In this document: piece after piece, positions 1 to 12,382 of the stretch
How positions within the stretch are numbered: position 1 is the stretch's first letter
How the letters are laid out: each line of letters starts with the position of its first letter
NCBI RefSeq assembly: GCF_006345805.1
Contig: NC_043013.1
Coordinates: 18,104,001 to 18,168,000, forward strand
Length of the DNA stretch: 64,000 bases
From: Octopus sinensis
Lineage: Eukaryota
Reading direction: 5' to 3'
The notes under the pieces: model-generated
Told to the model about the DNA's origin: nothing
Seen by the model: the letters and a program-made list of their open reading frames with translations, nothing else
The model's database searches: none
Program-made: the position numbers and the translations under genes

Positions 1-110
1 TTGGCCTACTTGCCCGGTCAGCAGGGAGGCATCATTCGAAAGCTAAAACAATGCAAAGCACATTGTGACCAGCAATGTATAACAACATCTAATAGTCTGT
101 TCAACACAGT

Positions 111-112
<2 letters not shown>
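1..112. mobile_element. Fragment of an interspersed non-coding repeat (family D)
   Basis: Reverse-complement similarity to 28630-28760 (GGCATCATTCGAAAGCTAAAACAATG...TGTGACCAGCAATGT vs ACATCGCTGGTCACAATGTG...CATTGTTTTAGCCTTCAAATGATGCC). Confidence 0.6.
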
Positions 113-148
<36 letters not shown>

Positions 149-150
<2 letters not shown>

Positions 151-319
151 TGCAGGAGTGGCTGTGTGGTAAGTAGCTTGCTAACCAACCACATGGTTCC
201 GGGTTCAGTCCCACTGCGTGGCATCTTGGGCAAGTGTCTTCTGCTATAGCCCTGGTCCGACCAATGCCTTGTGAGTGGATTTGGTAGACGGAAACTGAAA
301 GAAGCCTGTCGCATATATG

Positions 320-350
<31 letters not shown>

Positions 351-552
351 TTGTGTGTCTGTGTTTGTCTCCCTAGCATTGCTTGACAACCGATGCTGGT
401 GTGTTTACGTCCCCGTCACTTAGCGGTTCGGCAAAAGAGACCGATAGAATAAGTACTGGGCTTACAAAGAATAAGTCCCGGGGTCGATTTGCTCGACTAA
501 AGGCGGTGCTCCAGCATGGCCGCAGTCAACTGACTGAAACAAGTAAAAGAGT
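149..552 (+). mobile_element. tRNA-derived SINE, family A (young, full length)
   Basis: A-box-like TGGCTGTGTGG and B-box-like GGTTCAGTCCC, a central (TA)n(TG)n tract, and a 3' half ending GACTGAAACAAGTAAAAGAG. More than 10 copies in the window. Confidence 0.85.
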
Positions 553-841
553 ATATATTGATATTATCTAAAGGAATATGATTCATAATTTAAATAAGGA
601 AATTTGTGAACTTTGAATGTATAAGATTATAAGGTTTACATAATGGATGCGTTTCCTATTGTATAATCATGTAAACCTGAAACGTGCGTATTAAATGATT
701 TCAAAGTATCACCATTTGGTTTGACTCTATTATTACAACAAATATTTTGACTTCACATATCCTGAAAACAATTTAGAGTAGTTTTTGACTCAAAAATTCT
801 AGTACTGTGCACTGTTTCCTAGTATAACATTATATATAATG

Positions 842-1232
842 TTGCCCCAGAATCGAAATCGATCAATGGAAATTGCAGATGTGTTACCAGTGCCGGTGGC
901 ATGTAAGAGAACCTTCCGTTTCGCGACCGTTGCCAGCACCGCCCCGTTTTGTGTCCGTTGCCAGCCTCGCCTGGCCCTCGTGCGGGTGGCACATAAAAAG
1001 CACCATCCGTTCATGGCCGTTTGCCAGCTCTGTCTGGCACCTGTGCGGGTGGCACGTAAAAAGCATCCACTACACTCACGGAGTGGTTGGCGTTAGGAAG
1101 GGCATCCAGCCGTAGAAACACTGCCAGATTTGACTGGGCCTGATGAAGCCTTCTGGCTTCACAGACCCCAGTAGAACCGTCCAACCCATGCTAGCATGGA
1201 AAACGGACGCTAAACGATGATGATGATGATAT
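842..1232 (+). mobile_element. RTE-tailed SINE, family C
   Basis: Repeated GGCAC(G/A)TAAAAAGCACC modules, then CCAACCCATGCTAGCATGGAAAACGGACG and an (ATG)n tail. Confidence 0.8.
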
Positions 1233-1802
1233 ATATTCATTTAATGTCTTTGTTCTATGCTGGTATGGTTGGACAGTTTGACAGTTTCTCTGATGTGACT
1301 AAAGATTACATTGTGTTCCAATGTCTGCTTTGGCATGGTTTCCATGGCTGGATGTCCTTCCTAATGCTAATCCCTTTACAGTGTGTACTGGGTGCTTTTT
1401 CCGTGGCACCAGCACCAGTAAGGTCACCATGCAGCCGACAAAACTAAGATCCACATCAACTGAGTGGGGCTACAACAGAGACAGCTTTATGCTAGGAGAT
1501 GGCTTCAAGTGTGTGAGAAGGGTCAAAACTGAGTTGATTGTTTTGCCATAAGAGCTACATGGCTACTTACATTATAGAAAAGAGAGTGTGACCAAAGAGT
1601 GTAGTGATGAGGTGTCAGGATGGACCCTCAAAGTATGAGGTGAGTAGAAATGAATGAAAACGGGAAAACAGGGAGTGCATGTGGGTAGAGCTTGTCAGAG
1701 TGTACGAGAGAGTGAGAGATGGGGAATGGGTCAGGGGTGATTATGGTGAAGAACAAGTGTTGGAAGATGCTAAGTAGGGAAGCAAGAAGGAGTAAGTGAC
1801 AT

Positions 1803-2205
1803 ATGGCTGTGTGGTAAGAAACTTGCTTCCTAACCTCATGATTCCAGATTCAGCCCTACTGTGTGGCACGTTGGGAAGTGTCTTCAGCTATGGGTTTGGG
1901 CTGACCAAATCCTTCTGAGTGGATTTGGTAGATGCAAACTGAAGGAAACCCATTGTTTATGTATGTGTGTGTGTGTGTGTGTCAGGTCTTTTTGTCTGTG
2001 TTTGTTCCGCACCATTGCTTGACAACTGGTGTGTTTATGTCCCCATAACTTAGTGTTTCAGTACAAGAGACTGATAGAATAAGTATCAGGCATTACAATA
2101 AAAAAAAAAAAAAAACGATAGGTTCTGAGGTTGATTTGTTTGAATAAATTTCCACAAGATGCTGCTCCAGCATGGTCGCAGTCTGATGACTGATACAAGT
2201 AAAAA
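1803..2205 (+). mobile_element. Family A SINE (decayed)
   Basis: Colinear with 149-552. Confidence 0.75.
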
Positions 2206-2344
2206 ATAAAGGTGAAAAAGAAAGATACACAATCATCACCATTGTCATTTTAATGCCTACTTTTTCTTGCTTGCAGATGGAATTTATCAAGACAAATTTT
2301 CTATGGCTGCATACTCTTTCTTACCAAAAATATTTACACACACA

Positions 2345-2560
2345 AGTGCAGCAAGCTGGCAGAATTGTTTGCACACTGGGCAAAATGTTTAGTGGTATTT
2401 CATCTGTCTTTACGTTCTGTGTTCAAATTCCATGAAGGTTGACTTTGCCTGTTATCCTTTTGGGGTTAACAAATTAAGTACCATTTGGACACTGAGATTG
2501 ATGTAACTGACTTATCCCCTCCCTTGAAATTGCTGGCCTTGTACCAAAATTTGAAATCAA
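2345..2560 (+). mobile_element. tRNA-derived SINE, family B (decayed)
   Basis: GCTGGCAGAA head, GCCT(T)TCATCCTTT core, GGCCTTGTACCAAAATTTGAAA tail. Confidence 0.7.
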
Positions 2561-3394
2561 TATTTACACCCACACATGGTGTGGGTCAATGGCTGTATCT
2601 ATTGACATCAAAGGGTAACTTAAACATACGTTGAATGGAGATTGATAAAATAAGAGACAAATAAATACTGAGGTTGATCAAATTAATTAAAACCACCAGA
2701 AGGCAGTGGTCCAGCATGACCACAGTTCACAGATTGGAAATGGTAAAAATTTAAGTTAAGAAGAAAATATGTAACTAGATTGTACAAAAGCAGTTTTTCT
2801 GGCATTCTGCTAATTCTACCATTGCATCTGTAACCCCCTCCCACCACTTCAGTATTTCTACCAATCCATTTGTGACCTCCACTCTACTTACTATTTCTGC
2901 CTTTCTGCTAATGACACCTCCTGCCATTCTGCCCCAACAGAACTAAATATTAAGAAACCTCATAATATAAAAAGCTAATTATAGTGTAAGCAGCATTATT
3001 GGTTCCGACTACAACATCTTGGCCAAAACATCAAAGATGGAAACATAATTAGCAAATAATGAGACAACATCGTTTGGAACAGCTAAAGTCTATTTTTGAT
3101 ATGTCTGTACACATAAAAGCAACAGTTGAATAGCCAGTGTATGCAGACATATATACATGCATATTATATGTATATGTATGTATGTGCGCATATATATACA
3201 CATATATACATACATCCACACACATGCATATATATATATATCCATACACACATTTACATGTACACACCCACAAACACTTTCATCTATTACATGTACACAC
3301 ACACATATAAATGCACTCCCACACATATACATACATGCATGTGTGCATGCACTCGTGTGTATATATGTATCAACTTTGTGTAAATCTCAAGTAT

Positions 3395-3545
3395 AGGCAT
3401 CAACAAGAACAAGAAAACTGCTTCAAATGATTTCCTTTGCGGTAATTGTGGATTTGTCACACATACACACCCATGCAGGGCTTGCTTGCATCCCACTGCA
3501 GAAATCATAAACCTAATTAAGCTCACAGGTGAACACTCTTGCAAA
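3395..3545 (+). pseudogene. Possible 3' end of an RTE/BovB-like LINE ORF
   Basis: Reads NDFLCGNCG...PCRA..LH, resembling the C-terminal Cys/His motif of RTE ORFs; decayed. Confidence 0.35.
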
Positions 3546-3584
3546 CTAACCAAAGCTCAGATCAAGATGACCGTAAATATATTA

Positions 3585-3710
3585 AGCTGCAGAACCAGGT
3601 TCCAGGTTCAATCCCACTGCATGGCACTTTGGGCAAGTGTCTTCTACTATAGCCCTGGGCTGACTAAAGCCTTGTGAGTGGACTTAGTAGACAGAAACTG
3701 AAAGACGCCC

Positions 3711-3753
<43 letters not shown>

Positions 3754-3978
3754 ATTATTTAACGTCCGCTTTCCATGCTAGCATGGGTTGGACAATTTGA
3801 CTGAGGTCTGGCGAACCAGACTCCAATCTGATCTGGCAGAGTTTCTACAGCTGGATGCCCTTCCTAACGCCAACCACTCCGAGAGTGTAGTGGGTGCTTT
3901 TATGTGCCACCAGCACGAGGGCCAGTTTGGTGGTACTGGCAATGGACATGCTCAAATGGTGTTTTTTACGTGCCATGA

Positions 3979-4018
<40 letters not shown>

Positions 4019-4208
4019 ATTGTGTTTGTCCCCCCCCCCATCACTGCGTGACAATTGCTGTTGGTGTGTTTATGTCCCCGTAATTAAGCAATTTGTCAAA
4101 AGAGACTAACTGAATAAATACGAGGCTTAAAAAAAAGTCCTGGGATCAATTTGTTCGACTGAATCCCTTCAGGGAGGTGCTCCAGCATGGCTGAAACAAG
4201 TAAAAGAA
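3585..4208 (+). mobile_element. Family A SINE with an antisense family C copy (about 3752-3976) in its central microsatellite
   Basis: A 5' half, (TA)n, reverse-complement C tail and body, (TG)n, then A 3' half. Confidence 0.75.
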
Positions 4209-4861
4209 TACACACACATATATATAAGTGAACTTTAGGTTAGTTAAAATATGTTTGTGACATATTTCAACTTCTAAAGGCAACTGCAGTTACCATGGAG
4301 AATAGATTCTCTCTTTTGGTGAAAAGGTGTAAAAACATCATATCTGTCCATTGCTGTTCCCTGTCAGATTCCCACACATGTTTCTAGCTCCTGAGTCATT
4401 ATCAATGGGAATGCATACTCACACACACATTTTATATGACATATTTGGGGGTGGAAAGGCAGCAACTGGCTCCTTCAACTTCTTTCACCCCAACTACTCT
4501 CTGCGTGCCTACCATCACATTCTCATTCCCTTCCCTCATATTCGTTCTATCATTACCTTCTCTCTATTCTATAACCACTTTGTCGCCACCTTACCTTGAG
4601 TAAACAGATCCACCATAGAATAAATGATGGCCCTCTAGCAAACACACTAGGGTTTGTGCCACAATGAAATACATCAAATATATACACTGTAAAGTGTTTG
4701 GTGAATAAGTGAAGACTGTGAGTGGTTGAGAAGATCGTTTAGTCCTGTTGGTGTTCATGACAGTCTCACAAGTGTTGGTGCTACTATAAGATACATTTAA
4801 TTCACTCAGTGAAGTGGTTGGTGTTAAGGAAGGAATCCAGCCACAGAGATCATATCAAAAT

Positions 4862-5100
4862 AATACCTATTTCTTTACTACCTACAAGGGGCTAAACACA
4901 GAGGGGACAAACAAGGACAGACAAACGGATTAAGCTGATTACATCGATCCCAGTGCGTAACTGGTACTTAATTTATTGACCCCGAAAGGATGAAAGGCAA
5001 AGTTGACCTTGGCGGAATTTGAACTCAGAATGCAGCGGTGGACGAAATACCGCAAAGCATTTCGCCCGGCTTGCTAACGTTTCTGCCAGCTCGCCGCCTT
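4862..5100 (-). mobile_element. Family B SINE (long-tail variant) with 13-bp TSD
   Basis: ATCATATCAAAAT at 4849-4861 and 5101-5113. Confidence 0.9.
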
Positions 5101-5559
5101 ATCATATCAAAATGAAATATATGACTCTCTTATGGTGTTCCATCTACGAGAGCAGTAACTCCAAATAAGAACTAACACGAATTGTGACAATCTACTGCAT
5201 GTCAATATGGAAAGTGAATGTAAAAGGGCTGATATGATGATGATGATGATGGTGGTGCCAGAGACAGAACTGAAATGTTCTGAGATGTAGCTGACTCCAA
5301 ATTTGTGTCAGAATGAATTAGCAGTAATAAACATATAAACCACACTGCACTAGAACATTTGTGTTTGTTTAAATGTATACAGCTGTGAATGTTTGTGTTT
5401 ATATGTACCGTAGTATATGTATATACATACATGTATGTACACACACACATACACACACACTGATGTAATATTAAAACCAAGTGAGGTGATCTGGCAACAA
5501 TAATCAGCTGATTCCAAACAAAATTATGAATCTGTATTTTTTGACAACATTCATTTATT

Positions 5560-5790
5560 TTGGAAATGTCAATTTGTGGTGGTGGTGGTGATGGTATTGT
5601 TAGTAGCAGTGGTGGTGATAGAAGTGATTACTGTGGTAAATGTAACGACAGGATGGTAATGATGGTGGTGATGGTAGTGTTAGTGATGTGGATGTTGTTA
5701 GTAGCAATCGTGATGGTGCTGATGCTCACAGTAGTAATGATGGTGGCCATGGTGATGTTATCATGGTGAAAGTGGTAGTGGTGGTAAGAT
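5560..5790. repeat. Degenerate (GGT/GAT/AGT)n trinucleotide low-complexity tract
   Basis: Seen directly; explains the Val/Met- and Thr/Ile-rich ORFs. Similar tracts at about 18500-18850, 27350-27640, 32440-32580 and 60320-60410. Confidence 0.85.
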
Positions 5791-6508
5791 CTAAACCTCC
5801 AGAGAGCAGAAGGGGGCACAGGATCCATGGAACAGTAGAACCTGGAAAAGAGATTATTAGCTGTGTATATGTTTCCAACCTACAAATCTAACTGGGTGTG
5901 AATGGTTTAAGGAGAAGTGACTCAAGTTCAGTTGTGTTCTAAAATTCTTTGAATAAATTAATATATAGCACACAATGTGTGTGTGTGAGAGCACGCATTT
6001 GTTTACATTTTCACTTCTCTGAAACGACTGAGCTACAAGTGATGATGATGCTCTTGTCATTTCCCCTATCAACAAATCATCCACAGGCTTCGTACCTTTG
6101 AAGATGTGTGTAATAAGAAGCCCTGTACTTGAAAAAGCAGGTAAGGGTGAAAGACAGGAAGGGAATTTGGATGCAAAACAGTGCCTCAGGAACATATTCA
6201 TCTAACCCATGCAAGCAAGGAAGAACAGGCTTTTAATGTGATTTATTGATAGTCATATTCAATGTATGGATTTGTGTGTGTATGTATATTTTTACTATGT
6301 ATATATTTACTAGTGTATAAACTGGAGCTGTGTTAAAAAGGTAGCTTTTCCATTTGATAAATACAGTTTAAATTAAGTTTAATTGCTATGGTTGATATGG
6401 TCAACTGAAACAAAGAAAAAAAGCTTTAGAAGGAAGTACCTTACAATGGGCACAGTGCAACAATTGAAATCAATAAGACGATTATAACTTTTAACTTATA
6501 TATATATA

Positions 6509-6848
6509 GAGGGGGAGGGAGACCCCTTTCGGTCATGAATGACCATGGGATTGCAACCAGAAAGTTACCCTCTGAGGTACAAGTCCAGGCAAGGTTGTTT
6601 ATGAAAGGCCAGCAGTCGCCCATGCATACCAGCCTCCCCTCTCCATACCACTGATGTTATCCAAGGGAAAGGCAAAGGGGCCAATACAGTTTAGCACCTG
6701 TGATGTTGCAACTAATTTCTACAGCTGAGTTAACTGGAGCAACGTGAAATCAAGTGTCTTGCTCAAGAACACAACATGCAGCCCGGTCCAGGAATCAACC
6801 TCACAATCGTAAGCTCAACGCTCTAACCACTGAGCCATGTGCCTTCAC
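6509..6848 (-). mobile_element. tRNA-derived SINE of a further family (E)
   Basis: Minus strand starts GTGAAGGCACATGGCTCAGTGGTTAGAGCG (A box); shares head and core with 51935-52196. Confidence 0.75.
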
Positions 6849-6859
6849 AAACATATATA

Positions 6860-7256
6860 TACTCTTTTACTCTCTCTTTTACTTGTCTCAGTCATTTGAC
6901 TGTGACTATCCTGGAGCACCGCCTTTAGTTGAGCAAATCGACTCCAGGACTTATTCTTTGTAAGCCTAGTACTTATTCTATTGGTCTCTTTTGCTGAACC
7001 GCTAAGTTACAGGGACGTAAACACACCAGCATCGGCTGTCAAGCGATGTTGGGGGACAAACACAGACACACGAACATATACACACATATATACGACGGGC
7101 TTCTTTCAGTTTCCGTCTACCAAATCCAGTCACAAGGCTTTAATCGGCCTGAGGCTATAGTAGAAGACACTTGCCCAAGGTGCCATGCAGTGGGACTGAA
7201 TCCGGAACCATGTGGTTCGTAAGCAAGGTACTTACCACACAGCCACTCCTATGCCT
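6860..7256 (-). mobile_element. Family A SINE
   Basis: Reverse complement of 149-552. Confidence 0.85.
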
Positions 7257-8179
7257 ATATATATATATATATATATGCGTGGTGAGAGATGGAGAGAAAG
7301 CAGTAATAGTTACATGGATCTATTTAATTGGGGTAGTTATCATTGTTGATAGTTTGGTAGAGAAACTACTGTTTCTAAGGTTACACATTGTATCTCAAGT
7401 ACTGTAACTTGAACATTAGCAACAAACAGAAGAGAACAATGTTAGTGGACAGGAAAGGATTGTAATATTTCAAACAGGGCCATTCATATGGAAATGGATA
7501 TTCACATACAAACACACCCGTGTTATGTGAGTGTGAAGATGTTTGTTTAATCTGTGATAGAAAAATATAATGTTTAGAGACAAGATTCCATAACTCTGAA
7601 GAAATAAAAATTTCAAATCTTTCTTCATGTATTGGTAAATAGAGTTGAACAAAAAAATTGAACAAAACTTTGGATCTGATATAATGTAACCCTGTCTGCA
7701 TTACATAGGAATATTGACTAATGACCAACTGACTGTGTTTGAAGCTGGTCATTCACCATGCTGTTACTCAGAGTTTCTTGCATCTTTTCATTGTGTGAAG
7801 AATCAGATATGGCACAAAAGTGAGGACGAACAGAAAGAATCAACAGCAGTTGAATGAATAAGTTTTCAACATGTGTCAAGTTTGCTTTCCTTCCTGCATG
7901 TCCTAAACACACACACACACACAATGTTTTTTCTGGCATACAAGTTGATGAATTCTTCAGACCAAAAATTCCATGTGAAATGCAGCAGGGTTTGGAAAGA
8001 TAGTGACAATGTTTGAGTGTTTGCACCATATACTAAATCAAGTTGTATGCTGGAAAATATGGTGCGTGTGTGTGTGTGTGTGTGTATACGCATGTGGGTT
8101 GTCTAAGAGTCCATAGGTCAGGGAAAAGATGTACTCATATATCTGTCAACAGAGTGGGTATATTATCTGAAATGTACAG

Positions 8180-8251
8180 TATTATATATCCATCATGGCT
8201 GATTTTACCAACCATGAACTGATTGGTAAGATCAACCATGATGGATATATA

Positions 8252-8254
<3 letters not shown>
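8180..8254. repeat. 32-bp inverted repeat with 11-nt spacer
   Basis: Arms 8180-8211 and 8223-8254 differ at 2 positions. Confidence 0.9.
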
Positions 8255-8285
<31 letters not shown>

Positions 8286-8325
8286 ATGTTCGTGTGTCAG
8301 AAAATTCTGCCATTGCACTGCTCTA

Positions 8326-9580
8326 CTGATAATTACTGGTGACACAACTGCAGAAGTATTTAGCTGAGAACAAACCATTGTACTTGGCATTCGCTAACCT
8401 GTAGAAAGTTCTCAACAGAGTCCCTTCTCTGTGATATGGTAGTCTCTGAAGAAGGTTGAGGATAAAAGAATGGCTTATGTACAGAGGTGCTGTCAGTAAG
8501 GTGAGAATAAGCCATGAGTATAGTGATGATGTTAGTGTGAAGATAGGCATTCACCAGGGCTCGGTTCTCAGCCCCCTACTAATTACCATTGTTCTCTAGG
8601 CCATAACAGAGGAATTTAAGACCAGCTGGAAACTTCTATATGCTGATGATTTTACTCACAGTGGAATCTGTAAGACTATTCGTAAAGAAATTCCAGGTGA
8701 GGAAGCAAAATCTGGAATTGAAGAGTCTTAGAGTTTACTTAGCAAAGACCAAAATTCTAGTAAGCAAGAAAACAGACAGGACCCTCTCCACTTCAGGTAA
8801 ATGGCCCTGCTTGAGATGTAAGAAAGGTGCTGGCAGGAATCTCATATGGTACACTTAATGCAAGCTATGAACACACATGAGGTGCAGTGGAAGCACAGGA
8901 AGGTTAATGGGTTAAGTTATGCTTTTATGTAGAAGATGTACATGAGCTATAGAGACTAATGATTCAAGGGAAATTGATTTTCTTAAGTGCCCTGGAGGCT
9001 TCTTAGAGGTAGGGGATAATTTCTGTTACCTAGGAAACCGAATTAGCAGTGGAGGAGAATGTTCAGAAAGTGTAGTTGCTAGAATAAGAATAGGATGGAG
9101 AAAATTCTGAGAGCTATTATCTCTGTTCACATCAGAGGGAAAAGGCAGATTGGATGATGTTTTTGTATGTACAATGAAACCACAGGGTAGTAAGATGTGG
9201 ACCTTGAATGCAGAGGATATGTGAAGTCTAGAGAGGAATGAAGCTAGTATGCCCCATTGGCTGTGCTATGTCAGTGTGCATGTGTGATAAAGTGATAATG
9301 GACTGAGAGAAAAATTAGCCATAAGAGAAATTAGATGTAGTGTGCAAGAGAGAAGACTGCGCTGGTTTAGTCACATGATGTGTATGTATGAGGACAGCTG
9401 CATAAAGAAGTACTGATTGCTTATGGAACTTGTGGAAGAAGGAGACCCAGGAAAACATAGGATGAAGTAGTGAATGCTGGTCTCAAGATGCTGAACCTTA
9501 CAGAGGAGATGACAAAGGAATGAGGTGATTGGCAATTTGCTATGCTCAAGAACACCTGTCCATCACAGCAGAAATGATAG
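8326..9580 (+). pseudogene. Decayed RTE-clade LINE reverse transcriptase region
   Basis: Conceptual translation across stops and frameshifts gives QLQKYLAENKPLYLAF, GIHQGSVLSPLL, LLYADD (about 8635-8650) and FCYLGNRISSGG. Confidence 0.85.
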
Positions 9581-9939
9581 CCTAAAACCACCTTGGTTAT
9601 GCTTGTACATGTGAGGGTCCTGACCCTTTTTTCCTTCTCTCTACTCTGTCAGGCATTTCCCCACGTCTCATTCCCTAACACCCATCACTTCTCTATTTGT
9701 GACCCTACTTGGTGACCATAATCACCTAAAAGCAAAATAGGCACATATTACATCTCCCTCCATGGAACCACTACCATTTCTCATTACCATCCATGCTGAT
9801 GCTATTTTCATCAATCACCTCCTTTTCTGCCTTCAGTCATTGTTCTCCTCTGCTGTACTTCATTCTTAACACTTCTCTTACCTGCTGTCACTTTCGGTGC
9901 TTTCTCACATCTACCATCATGCTTTGTAAATTACTCAGC

Positions 9940-10135
9940 AACCTTGCTGGTGCTGGTGGAAGGCAAAAAGCACCCACTACACTCTGTAAAGTGATTGGCA
10001 TTAGGAAGGACATCCATTCATAGAAACTGTGCCAAAGCTGACACTGGATCTTGATGTGGCCTTAGAGCTTGCTGGATCCTATCTAACTTAATAATCTAGA
10101 CCAGCATGGAAAATGGATATTAAATGAATAATAAT
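9940..10135 (+). mobile_element. Family C / RTE-type 3' tail (decayed)
   Basis: AAAAGCACCCACTACACTC...CCAGCATGGAAAATGGATATTAAATG. Confidence 0.6.
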
Positions 10136-10142
10136 AATAATA

Positions 10143-11350
10143 GTAGCGTTGTGAAACTGTTAAGTTGTTGGCGACTAAACCAGCAACCCCACTAAGCTTG
10201 CTTGGTGGGGAGAGTGGATCTTTGACACCCTGTGGGATTAAAAACGAGTCAATGGCCATTCCACAAATGGATAGACAAAACTTGTGAGCCTTGGCAGGCA
10301 GTCAGTCTAGATTTAAAACTGGGGTAGATAGGACGCCTTAGTTACAGTGGTGACAACCTGTCAGTGTCCAATGGCTTCATGCCTGGGATGAGGGCGAATG
10401 AACCATAACTCAGGACTTAACTCTGGAGCAATATTTGGATGAAGATACGGGACCAAATGATGCTTCAGTATTGAGAGCAGAGAAAAAAGGGAAAACAAAG
10501 GAAGAAGTAAAAAAAAGGACATGAAGAAGAATTATGCAAGAAGGAATTACACAATCAATTCCATGTAGTCGCAACAGAAGTTGCTGGAAAACACAGATGG
10601 GATTGACTGATGAAAGGAACTCTAAAAAAAAAAGAGACCGAGAACACTATACTGGCAGTGCAAGATGAAGCTTAGGAATGAGCAAGTATCTCTGCTGTGC
10701 TGCATTTGCAATAGAGTGGATGAACCATTACCTATATCATGAATGAATGACCTAGACTTGCCCAAAACCACTACAAGTTGTGGCGACATGACCAGGTAGC
10801 GAAAGTGCTACATTGGAAACTGTGCGGAAAGTGGGGGCTGGAGAGAGGCAAGAGGTGGTATGAGCACAAACCACAGAGAGTGATGGAGTCGGAAACTAGC
10901 AAAATCCTCTGGGATTTCCCAATCCAAACAGATCAGGTTCTAGAGTATAACAGACCAGACCTAGTGGTGGTGGTGGTGGACAAGGTGCACTACATATGCT
11001 ATATAGTTGATGTTGCATGACCCTTTGACAGACAAATAGTCAAGAAGGAAGGCAAAAAGATAGATACAACCTTCTTAAGTACGAAATAGCCCAGCTATGG
11101 AAAATGAAGAAGGTGAAGATAGTGTCAATTATTGTTGGGTCCCTGGGAACAGTATCAGAAGGCACCAAGAGGAATATAAAGGAAATTGGAATAGAGTGCC
11201 CAGTAGAACTGTTACAAAAGATTTGCCTCTTTGGCATGGCCAAAATAATCAGGAACGTATTAGATAACTGAAAAAAACGAATAGCATGGTACTGTAGGCT
11301 GCAGGTAGTAAAAGCCCACTATGCATGCAAGATTCCAGGAGCTACAACAA
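10143..11350 (+). mobile_element. R4/Dong-like non-LTR retrotransposon remnant with REL endonuclease
   Basis: ORF 10778-11020 has RHDQVAKVLHWKLC, KILWDFPIQTD, NRPDLVVV and IVDVA (PD-D/ExK), continuing into IVGSLGTV and LQKICLFG. The 10143-10470 part looks like a 5' UTR (inference). Flanked by (TAA)n. Confidence 0.8.
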
Positions 11351-11394
11351 AACCTGTGATAAAGAGAAATGATAATAATAATAATTGAGATTGT

Positions 11395-11600
11395 CAAGAT
11401 GTGGCAGCAGTGAGAGTCAAACTTGAAGGCTGTTTCTGCTGTTGTTAGAGCATTAGGTTCAAAACCACCTAACCTACAGAAACATCTGAACACTTTAGAA
11501 ATACTTTACAATCTTGGTATATTGTGAAAATTGACATTACTTGGAATTACATGCATACAACATAAAGTGATGTCTGTTTAACAGCACAAATCCCCAGTAC
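11395..11600 (+). pseudogene. 3' end of a second REL-type retrotransposon
   Basis: Translates EIVKMW...VVRALGSKPPNLQKHLNTL...LLG, matching the REL C-terminus. Confidence 0.55.
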
Positions 11601-11659
11601 ACACAATATCTTCAATCAACAACATCACAATATTGTATACTGTGACATCTATAATAATC

Positions 11660-12096
11660 TTTACAAATTTTGGCACAAGGCCAGCAGCTTTTGACAGGAG
11701 GAAGCCAGACAATTATACTGACCCCAGTACTTGACAGATACTTTATTTTACTGACCCTGAAAGGATGAAATGTAAAGTTGACCTCAGTAGCATTTGAACT
11801 CAGAATGTTAAGACAGAAGAAATGCTGCTAAGCATTTTGTCTGGTGTGCTAACGGTTCTGCCAGCTTTCTCTCTTAATCCTTTTGTTACCATATTTCTAT
11901 TGAAATAAAACTGCCTCTGTTTTAAATGATTTTGAAAAGTGAAGAAATTTAGTGAAATAACTGTCACTATTGAGCAGGTGTTTGGAACATGAATTACCAT
12001 TGAAATTTTGATGGAAGGTTTCAATTTAAATGACTTTAAAACAGGAGGTTTGCATCATAAAAGCAGGGGTGATCTCAGGCAGGTTGGTGTCAAAAG

Positions 12097-12131
<35 letters not shown>

Positions 12132-12304
12132 TAATAATAATAATAATGATAATAATAACAAATAAAAGTTATGTGTAGTGGAAGGGTGGAGGGGATGGTA
12201 GAAGAAAATCAAAGCAAGACAAATCTGTACAAAAAAAAATGTAAGTGGTAAATACATCAGAGTAGTGTGTGTTATGTATGTATGCATGTATGTGTGTGTG
12301 TGTT

Positions 12305-12382
<78 letters not shown>

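Noticed and set aside
7709-7857. Possible terminal exon (AG acceptor, 48 open codons ILTNDQLTVFE...STAVE*)
   Set aside because: Weak pyrimidine tract, no recognisable domain, no partner exons; an open frame of this length is expected by chance somewhere in 64 kb.
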